A stretch of DNA of 63,661 nucleotides, filler included, from Choristocarpus tenellus KU-1152 (lineage: Eukaryota; Protista; Phaeophyceae), in the NCBI GenBank assembly GCA_964200185.2. It is 10 parts of 10 records of this genome, joined end to end, with 100 filler letters (N's around TTAATTAATTAA, not from the genome) between each part and the next. Parts side by side here need not be neighbours in the genome. Positions count along the whole stretch, not along the records: positions 59,254 to 63,661 come from CAXNAD020014692.1; 9 more parts are not named here. The stretch is one strand, 5' to 3'. The position numbers and the translations under genes were made by a program. The notes under the pieces are model-generated. The model made no database searches and was not told where the DNA came from. It saw only the letters and a list, made by a program, of their open reading frames with translations. The first letter of the stretch is position 1. Each line of letters starts with the position of its first letter. This document shows, one piece after another, positions 63,055 through 63,661 of the stretch.

Positions 63055-63613
63055 TTAAGGAACCCCAGTGGGTTCCGGAACACTCATGTTTACTTAGTAT
63101 TACTTACTATTTTGAATATTATTATTTTACTGTGGGGATTATCCTGAACCATGGTCAGAAGAGGCACTAAACACAGCGCTACCTGTCATACTAACTTCTT
63201 ACTAAATACTGCACTACTGCTAATAATTGTACTGCCTCTGTTCCTGCCTTCCTTCCCATGCACAGAGTCGAAGAAACGAGAGGTGACCAGACTTCAATTT
63301 TAAGAATGCCAACAAATACGAGCAAAATTCAACTTTTTGTACAAATGTGTGTAGGATATCCTCTGAATTGTGTCCAGAAAGTTTCAAACAATAATAGAGA
63401 AATGTACGAACTCAAGTCAAACTTAAAGATTCATCCAAAGAAATATGCGTAAATTGGAAAAGGTCCAAAAACAGATTCAAAGTCAAAAACGGTCAAAACC
63501 TGTGTACCTCTCATTTACTTTGACTCAAAAAGCAATACCACTGCCGGTCACTCCATCTGCTCACTCGAATCTTCTGTTGGACACATCCCATCCCAAAGTC
63601 TACACCTTTATCT

Positions 63614-63661
63614 GAGTCAAAGTATCCTAGAGGGTAGAGCCGCGTCCATTTGGGGGTCGAA
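63614..63661 (-). mobile_element. MITE family A end (runs off the window)
   Basis: GAGTCAAAGTATCCTAGAGGGTAGAGCCGCGTCCATTTGGGGG. Confidence 0.85.

Noticed and set aside
1-63661. Endogenous giant virus (phaeovirus) insertion, rRNA, tRNA or snRNA genes
   Set aside because: I recognised no NCLDV core genes or structured-RNA signatures by eye; a covariance-model search (Infernal/Rfam) would be needed to exclude small RNAs.

Overview
Eukaryotic, intron-rich and repeat-rich DNA, most consistent with a photosynthetic stramenopile, probably a brown alga or close relative. This assignment is inferred from an ASAF bipartite plastid-targeting motif, a stramenopile-type QCR9, FNIP repeats and scattered CCCTAA tracts. 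The window consists of ten sequence blocks joined by artificial 100-bp N44-TTAATTAATTAA-N44 linkers, so adjacency across linkers is not assured. Host genes reconstructed by hand from splice sites: a complete 8-exon eIF3f, a complete 2-exon plastid-targeted ABA4-like (DUF4281) gene, four internal exons of a histidine acid phosphatase, the last two exons of QCR9/UQCR10, the 5' end of a signal-peptide protein and the 3' end of an unknown helical protein. Most of the remainder is transposon-derived. There are three Ty1/Copia elements: one has an in-frame deletion of the whole RT domain, and one carries a nested solo LTR and two MITEs. A deleted pogo/Tigger element with a PHD-like N-terminus sits inside a TA-flanked Tc1/IS630-like element. 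L1-like LINE remnants and an FNIP-repeat pseudogene are also present. The most striking feature is about 17 copies or fragments of a MITE group sharing an AAAGTATCT terminal core, with 3-4 bp target duplications and either an internal palindrome or long G/C tracts. I recognised no prokaryotic-type system, CRISPR array, rRNA or tRNA, and the sequence alone does not establish a new host biological system; the best novelty candidates are transposon-related.
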